Shown here piece by piece: positions 41,260 through 55,024 of a stretch of DNA of 64,000 nt. Below the pieces are notes generated by a model that was given only the letters and a program-made list of their open reading frames with translations, was not told the DNA's origin and did no database searches. This DNA is from Eledone cirrhosa. Its lineage: Eukaryota. The stretch covers positions 173,538,001 through 173,602,000 of the forward strand of contig OZ024740.1 in NCBI GenBank assembly GCA_964016885.1, read 5' to 3'. A program made the translations under genes and the position numbers. The first letter of the stretch is position 1; each line of letters opens with the position of its first letter.

Positions 41260-42261
41260 CTGGAAAAGAAAGTATATCAGTGAAAATAAAATTAAAGAAT
41301 TCCAAAAGTACAGCCACAAGACGCTAATTTAGAAATAGTTTATCTAATGTATTTTCAGTTAACAATGAACAATTATGAATTACACATACAAAATAGTAAA
41401 AACTATTATACTACTAGCTACATGATCAATTCAAACTGTTCTGCAGCCATTGTGTTGCACCCCGAAGAAGCACAAGTAAAAACTTTAATCATGCTGACAA
41501 ATAATAAGGTTCTACACTTTAGTAATAACAAGAGAGATCCAGTAAAAATATCAGATCATACCTATGCCAACATATAAATTTGAAAAATTCATTGTACTTA
41601 AGTTAGAAAAAAAATGTGTAACATGACATACTAATTCCAGATTAATATATGATCTAGACCAGAAACAGTATGTCATTCACAAAAATAAGGAGTGATATGA
41701 ACCCTCATTTTACCCATTTACAAAAATGAAGCTTAGATGGAACAATGAAGTTACTAAATGAAATGACAGTAAAATTCTCAAGGGCTGGTACTAACTTCAA
41801 TTTTCTCTTAATTGAATTTGTAATATTAAAATTATTATTTTGTTATCCATTGGAATAGACTTTGTGATGTGGCAAATTACCATTTTAGAAAATAGATTCC
41901 AACAATTCATTAACAAATAAAATCTTGTTCTTTTATCAAGTAAATTGTATAACCCATGAGATCAATGAACCTCTAACATTCAAAAAATATTAGTTATATA
42001 CTGGATATGTTTGCTACACTCCTTTAGCAATCATAATATTCTGTGAAAGTATCCACCTATGCCGGTATGGATTTTTTTCATATTCGATAATTCTTTCATG
42101 TAATTAACACATTTTTTGTATAACACCATAAGAATATGCAATATATAATTTTAAAATAGGATTACTAGAAAAAAAAAAAAAAAAAAATAAAATTCTGAAA
42201 GTTAGTGATTTATTGAAGAGATGAAAAATAAAATGTGCTTACCTGAATGGTGAAAATTTTT

Positions 42262-42278
42262 TTAAGAAAGCTTCAATG
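42262..42278 (-). CDS. PPP2R1A: PP2A scaffold subunit A, stop-containing exon (exon 42243-42278)
   Basis: TTACAG|CA TTG AAG CTT TCT TAA gives (A)LKLS*, in phase with the previous exon; CAG|GTAAGC donor 19 nt after the stop. Confidence 0.8.
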
Positions 42279-42330
42279 CTGTAATAATTGAAGAAACAAG
42301 AGAAAATATGTATAAAACTGAAAATTCCCA

Positions 42331-42733
42331 TTCATCATCGTTTTACGTCCATTCTTTCACACTAGCATGGGTTAGACGGGTTGTCCTGTTGTGGGCAATG
42401 CCAGGTCGGGTGACCTTGTCTTGCTAATACAGGAACTGATTTCTACAGTGAGTACTGGGTGCTTATTTACTGTGGTGCCTACACGACCACTTTACAGTGA
42501 GGGTTGGGTGCTTAAACCTGAATTACAAATCCATTCAAAAACTCATAAATCACAATTATCTGGACCTAAAATTTACATTAGGAGTATCATCATCATCACT
42601 GTTTAATGTCTACCTTCCACGCCAGCATAGGTTAGACGGGAGTTGTCCCACTTGAGGCAAGATTGGTCGGGTGACCGTGTCCCGCTCGTATAGGACTATC
42701 TGGCAGGTTTTCTACAGCTGGATGCCCTTCCTA
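42331..42733 (-). mobile_element. Two adjacent RTE 3'-tail fragments (family C-like 42331-42512; family A-like 42586-42733)
   Basis: CATCATC...ACGTCC...CACTAGCATGGGTTAGACGGG tails matching 62287 and 24804. Confidence 0.75.
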
Positions 42734-43567
42734 GTCTTAATATCTACATCAGTGAAAGCACATGGCTTAATAGTTAGGGTATTTGGTTCATGATCATAAA
42801 GTCAAGATTTAAGTCCCGGTGGTGCATTACATCCTTGAGCAAGAACCTTCACATTTCTCTAAGTTGGCAAAAATGAGTTGTCCCAGTAATTCAGAAGGCC
42901 AGCCTGTGTCATGCAGAACCTCCCAGATTAAAAGTGCACATCTAATGTAGACTACTCAGTTGATCAAACAACTGTAACACTCGTAGTTAGAACTGACAGA
43001 GGTCCAACAGCTACCTCAATAGTATCATAAACATGTAGACATCCAGTTGCAAAATTACCTACTTCAATCATTTGGATGTCTTTATACGCACTGACAGATC
43101 ATCCAACTCATTACAACAACAAAAAATATTTGTCAGACTATTTTAAAAACATATTTTAAGCTAAATTATTCCGATTTAAGGGGTAAACAGGAGAGTATCC
43201 TCATTCTCCCACTCTTGTTATCACTTTTCCATGCTGCCAATATGAAAATGCCATGTGGAAAGTCACACACACAAGGAGCTTCCTCACTTTCTTTGCCAAA
43301 TTTACTCACATGGTATGTAGCTTGAGGCTACAATAAAAAATACTTGCTCAAGGTGATACACAGTGGGTTGGAACCTGAAACCAAGTAGCTGTGAAGCGAA
43401 TTTATTAACCATGCAGCTATGCTTGCGGTAACCCAAGTTGCCAGAAAATGAAATGACATTGTTACTTTAGAAAATTTACTTCTACTCTATGACATTCATA
43501 AATTCAATGGTTATGACTTATTTTAGCAGATATTCAAATCCATTTTTTTCCTAGTTATATGACTCAC

Positions 43568-43659
43568 CTTCTATTGCTTCCAATGCAAAGTACCGGACAT
43601 CTCCATCGTCATCAGCTTTCAACCTTTCCAGGATAGGTTTTAATTGGTTCTGAATAGTA
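43568..43659 (-). CDS. PPP2R1A: PP2A scaffold subunit A exon
   Basis: 92 nt, AG/GT; (N)TIQNQLKPILERLKADDDGDVRYFALEAIE. Confidence 0.95.
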
Positions 43660-44439
43660 CTGAAAAAAAATTTGAAGAAAATTAAAAATAAATCCTATAA
43701 ATCATTTTAAACAGCTGACTTAGCAAACACGTTCCTCAAATTGAGCTATGTCTTGAACAGCTGCCATGTTTCATTAGCCAAATCAGAGCTAATATGAAAC
43801 AAGTCCATAACTCATCAGTTAAGCTAATATCCAGATATTTGAACCAGCAAAAATTTCACACTCATAAGTGACATCAGCCAAAATGGATAAAGATAGACAA
43901 AGGTGCTCTGAGAATCAATGTTGATGGTTCCACTGAACACTTTCAATCTTTTTATGTGCTTGGCTATAGATCTTTACGATCTTCCTTGATTCTCAGCTTC
44001 ATAAAATATAATATCTTTCAATTTCTTAGACTTGGCAGTTGGTTGTAAGAAATAATTTCCCTTCACTTGCAAAGCCAGCTGAAAAAACCTTACTTTTGGT
44101 TGCATTAACATTCAGGTCAACCAATCTCAAATTATCCATAAGATTATCTGGAGATTGTTATAGAATGAATTCAAAAGAGCATTAACATCTAAGTTGGGAT
44201 ATACAAGTTTTTGTAAATGTTAAAAAAAATTTTGCTCAATATCATGACAAACTAGATTATTATATTCAACCGAATGAATGAATGTTACATATAGATCAAC
44301 ATTAGGTTAGAATGAAAATGTGATAAAATCAAATGGCATTAAACAATTATTTCTGGATAGAGTGGCTACCAATGAATTCTAATATAATACTGGAATAAAA
44401 CGAAGAGATAGTTAATAGTTTATCTTCAAAAGAACTTAC

Positions 44440-44582
44440 TTCTGGTCAAACATAGGGCCTAACTTTTGCATTGTCTTTGCAACATTGAACCTAACATTTG
44501 CCACAGGGTCGGATGCCATAGTTAAAATGGTTGGCAGCATTAACTTCGTTGTGGCATCAGTACCACAAGCATCAGCCAGCAA
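44440..44582 (-). CDS. PPP2R1A: PP2A scaffold subunit A exon
   Basis: 143 nt; [47 protein letters not shown]. Confidence 0.96.
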
Positions 44583-45575
44583 CTAACAAGGAATAAAAAT
44601 TAAATTAAATTAGTATGCACCCACAAAGGATGTGTAAAATTTCCCTTCTACATGCATTAAACTAAGCAGTTGCAAATGAGTTTTAGAGTTTTAAAGTACA
44701 GCTGCAGTGTTTTTTTTAAATAGCTAAGATTAATGTTTAATAGCATGAGGCAGTCATTACCAAAAACAGCACTGGCATGTAGAGTTTGCATTCATCTTTC
44801 CATCAAACCTCTCAAGACAGCCTTGACACTGTTGTTACATCCTTCAGTGACACACAAATGGCCTCCAAAGATTAAGGAGGACTCTTCAGTCTTGTTGAGG
44901 ACATAAACTTTTATAGTGCCGGTGCCATGATAAAATGCATCCAAATACACCCTATAAAATAGTTGACATCGAGGGCATCCAGACATAAAAATCACACCAG
45001 AATATGAAAACAACAACTATAATAATAATAATTATTATTCTGTTTTTGGCACGGAGCAGCGATTGTCCCAGCGCATTGCTGGTGCCTTGTTTTGTCGGCA
45101 CCGTGGGGATAAAGGACAGGGTTGACCTCGGAGCTTGGAGGGCCATAGCTCTACGCTGTAAAACAATTATTATAATAATACTGAACAGTATCACACGGCA
45201 TCAATTATACGAACTCTTTCAAAAGTCAACAGTTGACATGATCTTGTATCAGTAATGGCGGTAATATATGTATATGTGTGTGTCGTACGTATGAGTCCAA
45301 TAAGTTATTATTATTATTATTATTACTAGCAGAAAAACCACCCTTCGGGTGCTTTTCTGCTAGCATGTGTAGTGGGTATATTGATATTATATGCAAGTAT
45401 ATATACATGTAGATATGATACATCAAATAAAATCGTAATTGACAATATAAACAGAAACTGAACGAAGACGTTGTTACACTGTCTTATGTAATCAGTAACG
45501 AAATCCATGATACATTAAAAAAAGACGATATTATATATAAACTGCATTAGGAGAAAATTAGTATGTTTATTTAAT

Positions 45576-45915
45576 GGAGGCACATGGCTTAGTGGTTAGA
45601 GTATTGGCCTTGCAATCGAAAGGTTGTGAGTTCAATTCTCAGACCGGGTGATGTGTTGTTTCCTTGAGCAAGACACTTTATTTCACATTGCTCCAGTTTA
45701 CTCAGCTGTAGAAATGAGATGATAGGGACTGGGGTCCATATCATTCCACTGCAAAGTGGTCGTGCAGATGCCACTAAAAAAAAAGCACCCAGCACTCACT
45801 GTAAATGAGGGTGTTAGGAAGGGCATCCAGCTGTAGAAATCAAGCCAGAATCAGTTCCCGTCCCACCCTTGCAAGCAGGGAAAAAGCGGACGTAAAATGA
45901 AATGATGATGATGAT
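45576..45915 (+). mobile_element. tRNA-derived SINE family 1
   Basis: Same head, body and tail as the 16397 copy; (GAT)n end. Confidence 0.9.
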
Positions 45916-46199
45916 TTAAGTGATCGCCACTGGAAGTGTTGACATCACACACTCTCTCTTTCTATATATATGGTAGTTGAAGTGGTGGTGGTAACGATAT
46001 ACCGGAAGTGCATCTTTGAAAAGTCAATTTTAAATTATTTATTTTCAGGAAATTTAGTAGATAAATTATGTAATATTCATTCATTATGTATTCAAAGTAA
46101 TCCAACTTATTTTACTAACGGGATAAAAAAAAAAAAAACCGTACACAGCCCCGCAGACCTTCCTTTATTGTAGTTTAGATTTTTGGGGGTTTTTTTGCG

Positions 46200-49100
46200 C
46201 AGGGACATAAAAATAATTGGGCTGGATACCCGATCGTGCAGTTAAACCACTGGGAGTGAAGGACCCCTAGCCCTTGTCAGGGCATTCTTCTAGAAGGCAT
46301 CTCAGGAAACTGGGTTAACTCAGACATAAAACCTGCAGCTCAGTAGTTACCGATGATGTTGATCTTTCCTTCTTTTCGAGTTATAACTACTGTCACTCAG
46401 AGAGTGGGATTGGTTCAGTTCAGTCTTTCCTGTAAAGTGGCACTGGTGTTAGGAAGGGCATCCAACCAGTGTATTAATGCCAAAACAATTATGAGCACAA
46501 CAACAAATATATATCGCAATAACTGCGTAAACAGCAATAGCACTAACCATGTTAGGGCTGTGCACGGTAGTGGGATGGCTGGTGCGGCCATGTGCGAGAA
46601 CACCCCTACCGTCTTCAAGCAATCGCAACAGGAACAACAAAAATATGAAGACGTCGCATCTCAGAGCTGCAACACTTAATGTTGGCACTCTCACAGGTAG
46701 ATCTGGTGAAATAACGGAGATGCTGGAGAGAAGGCATGTGGATGTGTGCTGCATGCAAGAGGTGAGATGGAGAGGTGCCTCTGCGAGACTAATCGCAGGC
46801 AAACATCTTAGTTATAAGCTTTCCTGTGTAGGTAAGGATGATGGGTTATGTGGGGTAGGCATTTTACTGGCTGAGAGATGGATCAATAAGACAATAGAGG
46901 TAGTTAGAGTTAGTAATAGAATAATTAAGCTTCGATTAGTTGTAGGCAGGAGACTACTGACAATCATCTCTGCCTATGCTCCCCAGGCAGGCCTAGGTAA
47001 AGAAGAAAAAGACTGCTTTTATGAGCAACTTTTACAAACAGCCGTAATGACAGAGGACGGAGACATTGTTATGCTAGCAGGGGACTTCAATGGTCATGTT
47101 GGACAGCTCCAGGATGGTTACACTGGGGTACATAGTGGACACGGTTACGGCTCATGAAATGAGGAAGGAGTGAGACTTCTTGAATTTTGTGATGCAAGTA
47201 CACTGAACATTTGCAACACTAACTTCCAGAAACCTGCCAACCACCTAATAAATACAAATCAAGCGAGCACATAAACCAGATTGACTTCTTACTAGTTAGG
47301 CAGCGAGACCCTGAGGAAGAATGTACTCCACAACATAGGTCAGTCGTTAGTGATTTCTCAGTAAGCAAGAGACGGAATGAGACATACAGGAAGGTGTGGA
47401 GAAGAAAGGTCTGGAAGCTAAAAGACCTTTCACTAATATACAAATTTAGGAAAGCCCTTCAAGATGTGTATGACGAAAAAGAAGACAATTTAGAGTCATA
47501 TGACATAGATGATAACTGGAATTTCTCACGTGACTACTTACTGTAGGCTACTGATGAAACTTGTGGTTGAAGCAGAGAGTGACCTGGTGGTGGAACAGCA
47601 CAGTAGATAAGGTCATTAGAGACAAAAGACTAGCATGGAAGGCTTGGAAAAAGGGTGGGAGTAGAGAAGGATATACAGCCGCTAAGAGAGAAGCTAGACG
47701 TCAGGTGTACTTAGCACGCAGGGAGGCTGAGAGTAGGAGGTTTGCCAATGTTCTGCAACAGGAAGATCAGAGACGTGCGGTGTTCCACATTGCAAAGTAG
47801 TGTGTCAACGCAAATCAGGATGTTGTTGGAGATAAATGTGTCCGGAATGATGCTGGTGTACTTAGTGTCACAAATGATCAGAAAAAGGAGGCCTGGAAAT
47901 GTCATTATGAGAGACTGATGAATGTGGAGAACGAATGTGAGAGAGAGAAATTACCCTCAGTAGATCCGACAGAGGGACCAGGTATTGAGATTGACGAATA
48001 TAGGGTCCACGAGGCGATTAAGGAAATGAAAAATGGTAAGGCCGCTGAACCGTCGGGGATAGTTGCTGAGATGCTGAAGGCATCAGGGTCGTAGGCACTA
48101 AACTGGTTGCACGCACCATCAACCAGGTTATATATGGCGGTGTCATAACCAAAGACTGGTGTAGCAGTATTCTCATAAATTGCTATAAAGGTAAAGGGGA
48201 TGCTCTGGAGAGGAGCAATTATAGGGGTATAAAACTGATGGATCAGGTTATGTAAATGGCAGAAAGGACATTAGCACAACTAATTAGAGAAAGGGTCAAA
48301 CTAGATGAGATGCAGTTTGGTTTTGTGCCTGGGAAGAGTACAACAGATGCCCTCTTCTTGGTGAGACAATCGCAAGAGAGGTTCTTAGAGAAGAATAAGC
48401 CACTATACTTAGCTTTAGTTGACCTAGAGAAGGCCTTTGATAGGGTACCGCGATCTGTCATCTGGTGGTCCCTAAGGAAACTAGGTGTTGAAGAATGGCT
48501 TGTGAGGACAGTGCAAACTTTGTACAGAGGTACTCTCAGTAAAGTCAGGGTAGGAATGGAGTTTAGTGAGGAATTCCAGATACAAGTAGGACTACATCAA
48601 GGTTCGGTCCTCAGCCCGCTCTTGTTCATTATAGTCCTCCAAGTAATAACAGAGGAGTTTAAGAATGGCTGTCCATGGGAACTTCTCTATGCTGACAATC
48701 TGGTTCTTATAGCAGAATCAGTAGGAGCTAGAGAATAAATTCTGGCTATGGAAACAGCAGTTGGAATCAAGAGGACAGAGTGAACCTAGCTAAGACAAAA
48801 GTGTTGATGAGTAGAAAAGAGGACAATACTCTGATTCCGTCAGGGAAATGGCCATGCAGAAAAGCAACTGGCATAAATTCTATAAAATGCACACAATGCA
48901 GATCTTGGGTACACAAGAGATGTAGTGGGATAGCAGGCAAACTAACAGGTAGGGAAAACTAAGTATGCAGTAGATGCACAGGGAAATTAGACAGTAGAAG
49001 TCGCATTGATAGACACATTTTTCAAATGCAGGTGGGTGCTACAGAAGTGGTTGATAGCTTCTGGTACTAGATCAGATTAGCATGGGAGGGGGGTGTTCCG

Positions 49101-49587
49101 AGGCCATAGTATCTAGAATAAGGACGGGTTGGAAGAAGCTTCCTCTCCTGATGAAGAAGGGTTTCTGCCTGCGTACGAAAGGCCAGTTATATGATGCCTG
49201 TGTGAGGAGCGTGATGCTGCATGGTAGTGAGACATGAGCAACAACTGCAGAGGATATGCGATGGCTGGAGAGAAATGAGGTTAACATGCTCCATTGGATG
49301 TGCAATGTCAATGTGCGTGAATGACCAAGCATGGATGTGTTGAGAGAGAAACTGTGTCCGAGAGAGGAGACTGCGATGGTATGGACATGTGATGCGCATG
49401 GAGGATGACCGATGGGTGAAGAAGTTCCAGGAAATGCCAGTTGAAGGTGGTGAGAGCAGACCTCAGATCGCTGAAGCTCACGGTGGAAATGACAAAGGAC
49501 CGTGACAAGTTGAGAGATGCTGTGCTGAATAGGACCCGTCCCACCCTTGCAAGCAGGGAAAAGCGGACGTAAAATGATGATGATGAT
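46200..49587 (+). mobile_element. Near full-length RTE LINE family B (5' UTR, APE endonuclease, RT, C4HC3 finger), inactivated, antisense in a PP2A-A intron
   Basis: TLNVGTL, MQEVRW, SAYAPQ, GDFNGHVG (APE); [22 protein letters not shown] (RT); WVHKRC; the ORF end runs directly into the (GAT)n tail; several stops and frameshifts. 5' boundary approximate. Confidence 0.93.
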
Positions 49588-49680
49588 AGGCAAGGCATCT
49601 TTCTCTGGTCTGTTTAATCTTGAACCACGACCTGTCCAATCCATGACAGCATGTAATGTGGATTACGTATCTGCCGAGAT

Positions 49681-50102
49681 CTGACCGAGATCTTTGGCGC
49701 TACACAGTAATACAGAAGACCCACCTTACCTAAGTACAAAGTGAAACCTACTACAGTCAGTAGGCACCTCTAACAAAATACACCCCCGTCCCACTACCCC
49801 TTTCAATGTAAAGTTATGTTGGTACCACAATATCCAGTCTGAAACAAATGAGGTCGTGTAGGTGTCACGACAAAAAAAAAAACACAGTCCACGCTGTAAT
49901 GTGGCCGTGTAGGTAACACGGTAAAAACCTCCCAGTCCACACTGTAAATGTGGTTGGTGTTAGGAAGGGCATCCAGCCGTAGAAAACCCGCCAGACAGTC
50001 CTATGCGAGCAAGACAACCACTCTTGCCTCAAGTGGGAAAACTCCCATCCAAACCCATGAAAGCGAGGAAGATGGATGTTAAACGATGATGATGATGATG
50101 AT
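49681..50102 (+). mobile_element. RTE family A, 3' end only
   Basis: Matches the family A ORF end and 3' UTR (cf. 24090-24639); GAT tail. Confidence 0.9.
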
Positions 50103-50705
50103 CTGCGTTAGCTTCGCGTTTAATTTACCATTCTGGTTTCATTATAGATTGTCTCATACTGTACTTTAATGCGATTATTACAGTGTGTTTAAAGAGGTAG
50201 TAGTGTTAAATATCTGATTTTTATTTGTCAGGTTATTATTCTGTTGCTATCCATACATTAACTTTCTAAATTCCACTCTCACATATATATTATATACCTG
50301 TTGTTTGTAAGTCAAACTATAATTACAGCTCTCACAAGCCAATTATTTGCATCTCACTGCCAACAGAATACAATACATAGAACCTGAAAACATCTCAATA
50401 CCTAATGCACATTAGGAAGCGGAGTTTGAGTTTTCAATATTCATTGAAATTATTAATATACCACAAATAGCAAAATATCTGAAATACATTTCTTATACTA
50501 CCAAATAAATTCTGCTTAGTACACTAAATTTTGTTGTGAACTATGTACAGAATACCTCAAATATTACCCGATTTGCCAAGCCACACACACTCAGCAAACA
50601 TTAAAGATCTTTAATTAAAAAAATAAATCATCAGATTACATCACAAAATTGTTTAAGTAATCTATAGGTATGGAGTTTCTTCTACTCAACAAATAGCAAA
50701 CTTAC

Positions 50706-50860
50706 ATTGATACAAAAAAGACAAGTCATTCTGTGTAGATAGTTTGTATCACGTGACATACAGAGCACTCTAGGAATCACAGTCTTTTGGGCCCATTCCA
50801 CACCAAACTTCTCAACAAGTTTCTTCAGGTTCAAAGTAGCAGCTTCCCGAATGGCATACA
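50706..50860 (-). CDS. PPP2R1A: PP2A scaffold subunit A exon
   Basis: 155 nt; (V)[51 protein letters not shown]. Confidence 0.96.
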
Positions 50861-51436
50861 CTGTACAAAGGTAAAAATACACACATTGTAACAATCTATG
50901 TAATCTGCTAGCAGGCATAAAATGTTACCCACCCAAGACCAGGATCGTAAATAACAATAACCAAAGGCAAAACAGAAAGGAAAGAGATTTGAATAGTCAC
51001 CAAATTTCTAAGCAGTGTCAACTAAACATCTTTTCTCCAACAAGCTAAATCTGGTTTTCTTAATTCTATAAGAGAGTTTTAGGAGAAAAAGAAATTCATC
51101 TTGTGAATGTTAATTCTCATCTAAGTCAATTGACTACAATTGTTACAACTAATTTATAATTAGACGTACTAAACCAAAATCAGCAGTCTGATTAGAACCT
51201 GTGATATGTTAAATTAAAATATTTACCTTCAGGATCACCCAAGGGTTAGTAAACAATGAACTATCCAATACAGAGGAAGGTTATTCTTAAATTATATAAA
51301 AAACCATTTTATTTATTCTCATATCTTGACAACTAATAGGTCATAAATCCTGTGTATTATTCAACAAATTTGTCATGAATACTTAATTGTTACAGTCTAT
51401 TATATATGAATAGCAGATACCTATAAAGTTACTTAC

Positions 51437-51497
51437 CATAATCATTTAGCCAGTTCATATAAAGAGTATTCAACCTTTCATCATAGAAATCTACACC
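51437..51497 (-). CDS. PPP2R1A: PP2A scaffold subunit A exon
   Basis: 61 nt; GVDFYDERLNTLYMNWLNDY. Confidence 0.93.
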
Positions 51498-51936
51498 CTG
51501 GGAGAAAAAAGAAAAAGAAATTGTTAACATAAAAAAAAGGCAAAATGCTCAAAGATGTTACACAATTATAACATTGTTGTCAGTTTTACTTTTACATAGC
51601 AAAATTCTTTCAAAACAATGTTTTAATTTTATTGCTCCAGACAGCTCCTTTCAACTAATCTAAAATCATAGCCCATCCATTTCTCCTTGCTAACAGAGAA
51701 AACTGAAGTTAAATGATAATGATGATAGAAATTAACTTAGACCCCAATACCATTCTTCACAACCATGATAGAATGCCTGTAGTCGCCTGCCCAATTGTAT
51801 ATAGCCAAATTCTTCTCAAATCCACTATAAATACATATACAATCAATGTTCAAACTTGGAATCCACTTTACCATAGGAATGTTTGAACAGTGTTGACATG
51901 GAGCTAAACTACAATGTTAAAATAATATTTACATAC

Positions 51937-52313
51937 AAGCACATGGCTTAGTGGTTAGAGCATTGGCCTTGCAATCGAAAGGTTGTGAGTTCAATTCTCA
52001 GACCAGGTGATGTTTCCTTGAGCAAGACACTTTATTTCACATTGCTCCAGTTTACTCAGCTGTAGAAATGAGATGATGGGGACTGGGGTCCCTATCATTT
52101 CACTGCAAAGTGGTCATGGAGGTGCCACGGCAAAAAGCACCCAGCCCACACTGTAAAGTGGACGTGAAGGCGCCACGGAAAAAAAAGCACCCAGCACTCA
52201 CTGTAAATGAGGTTGGTGTTAGGAAGGGCATCCAGCTGTAGAAATCAAGCCAGAATCAGTCCCCGTCCCACCCTTGCAAGCAGGGAAAAGCGGACGTAAA
52301 ATGATGATGATGA
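51937..52313 (+). mobile_element. tRNA-derived SINE family 1 with an extra ~50-bp internal unit
   Basis: Same family as 16397 and 45576; two CACTG.AAAGTGG...AAAAGCACCCAGC units. Confidence 0.9.
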
Positions 52314-52586
52314 AGCTTTCTAACACAGGATTATTAAAATCATATATTTGGACTTATTATTGATTGAGCTTTAAATGATATAAAAATATATGTTACTCTT
52401 ATTCCTTGTTTTTAAATGTTATTCTCATGAACAATCCTTGTATCCACATTTTCTTTCATATCTGTAGCCCACACAATTTGAAATATTCAGGAGTATTCTA
52501 TGTTTAATAGATTAACGTACTAATTTTGCTTTTAGTTCTCTTTAAGGAGGTAATTTATGATCAAGTCAAAATACAAAAGAACCTAC

Positions 52587-52709
52587 CAGTTGACCAGCCA
52601 ACAAGGGCATATATTCAATGATAGCTAAACGCACTCGCCATTTTGTATCTTCAGCCAATTCTACTATGGCTGGGAGAAGACTTTCTGACAACTGTTTAAT
52701 ACCAATTAC
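52587..52709 (-). CDS. PPP2R1A: PP2A scaffold subunit A exon
   Basis: 123 nt; [41 protein letters not shown]. Confidence 0.97.
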
Positions 52710-53089
52710 CTAAAACAGAAAAAAAACAGCAAATTTGATTTCAATGAACTTCATATGCAAAGTGAACAATAATTGGGCCAAATTAATGGAGTGTTAATAT
52801 ATTTCCATATCATCATCATCATAATAAATAATGGCAACAACAATAATAAATAAAAGCTTGCCAAATTATGGACCAAGGGGAAAGGCTTGCAGCTTTGTCT
52901 GAGGAACTAAGTTTACTAGTGCTATGTTCAGGAAAAAAGAACTATCAAAAAATCTTTGTGATCCACCAAAAAGATATTTGTAATTCTAAGCGAAGAAATA
53001 TTAGTTCAAAGTGAGAATAGCGATTGCATAGTGAACATATATCAGATCAAAATGAGTACCTACTACTTTAAAATAAGAATAGTGATTTA

Positions 53090-53253
53090 GTAATTATTTC
53101 TACATTTGGCCAGTAATTATTCCAGTCCATTACTGGTACTTTATTTCATCGACCCCGTAAGGATGAAAGGCAAAGTTAACCTCGGCGGGATTTGAACTCA
53201 GACTATTAAAGCATGGCGTCTGACCCTACTGATACTGCCAATCTTCCGCCCTT
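53090..53253 (-). mobile_element. tRNA-derived SINE family 2 with target-site duplication
   Basis: Family core; ATAGTGATTTA duplicated at 53079-53089 and 53254-53264. Confidence 0.88.
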
Positions 53254-54493
53254 ATAGTGATTTAATAATGAGCTCATCTACTTTCACAAAATCTTAACTT
53301 GACTTAATTAGCCAGGAATACTTTCTTCGAGAACAGAAAGACTATCAGTTGGACAATATGATATCATAAACAAGGCAAAATGGAAAGACTGCTATTTTTA
53401 AATTACAATTGTAATAGTTAATTTTCTATGAAGATTCATAAAATTGACGTTGCAGCTTCTAAAATCGTGCATAATTGTATGTTTTAAGCCCACTGCAGCA
53501 TCTAATTGTTGAAGTGTTAAACTGCTTATTTCTTGAACAGTGTTTTTGTAATATTTAGATAAACAGCATCAAGTGAACATTGAACAAAGTACACAATCGC
53601 ATGCATTTAACATTACTTGCAGTCAGCTCATAAATTGGTGTCATTACTGTACTTACACCTGGAAATACTAGACAATATAATCACATGGGTTTATTGCCTA
53701 TTAGTGGACTGATAAAAACAACCAGGCAACTTTATGCTCTGTTCAAGATCTTTTTTTGTGTTAATCTCATTTTGAAATCGCTATTCTCATTTCACTTAGA
53801 ATTATAAATACTGTAGAAATAATGCAGCCAACAAATGGCAAACAATAACCAAAGAATTAGTCAGTCAGTTAGAAAAACAAATGTGTTTGAACTAAATTGT
53901 CTTTTACATCAATTTATCACTCTAGCTCTTAAATTTTTTCATTTTGTAAATGATAAGGAATTATGTCTTATAGTTAAAATTACTAACCACTACTCAATCC
54001 TGAAATGAGAGAAACATCTTTTCAATTTGTCAAAGTTGTGTTAAAAACATGCAACAAAGCTTGTACACATTTGAACAATAGTACCATACTGTACAAGTAC
54101 TATACCTCATATGCTGCTTAAATCAACTCAGAATAGCATGCAAATACTGTTTTCCTTAAATATTAAATTCTAGCACTGAATTCTCATACAAATTAATATT
54201 TTTCCTTTAATTCTGTCTATGATGCTAAGTTATCTGCCAATGTGAACAGAAAGCAACCAAAGTAAATTCCAGAATAATTGTAATTTATATTTAAATTAAC
54301 AAAATGTATTGAAATAAAGTTAGTTAAAAAAATCATAAAGTTTATTAAACAAGTATAAATTATACAATGCTTGTAAATCTTCTTTGATTTTCACAGAGAA
54401 AATATTTTTTAGTCCTCAACAACTACTCTATGTAAGACATACAGTGGGGGCCAGAACTTGAATGTTAATTAGGCACAGCAGTATAATTATTTA

Positions 54494-54709
<216 letters not shown>

Positions 54710-54867
54710 TCAAATAAGCTTTTATATTTTACGAAAAATCCAGTATAAAATAAAAAAACTGAAGGACAATTTTTTAAAGTCACATTAATATATATAGAAA
54801 AAGCAAAAACAAAAGATTAATATAAACAGTATATTCAAAGTAAATTATACAAATTTTCTCCACTTAC

Positions 54868-55024
54868 TTTTCTTTTCCTAAAATTGGAGAAAGACCCATA
54901 ATAACAGAAGCTAATGCAGACTTGACATGTTGATTGGCATCAGAGACAAGTTCTTTAACACAAGGAAGGATATTTGTCATGATCAAACTTTCACGGATAT
55001 CAGGTGCAAGATACTGGCAAAAAT
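54868..55024 (-). CDS. PPP2R1A: PP2A scaffold subunit A exon
   Basis: 157 nt; (D)[51 protein letters not shown]. Confidence 0.97.

Noticed and set aside
46200-46350. Possible HDV-like ribozyme at the RTE 5' end, as known for some RTEs
   Set aside because: I could not assign the nested double pseudoknot by eye; it needs a descriptor search.
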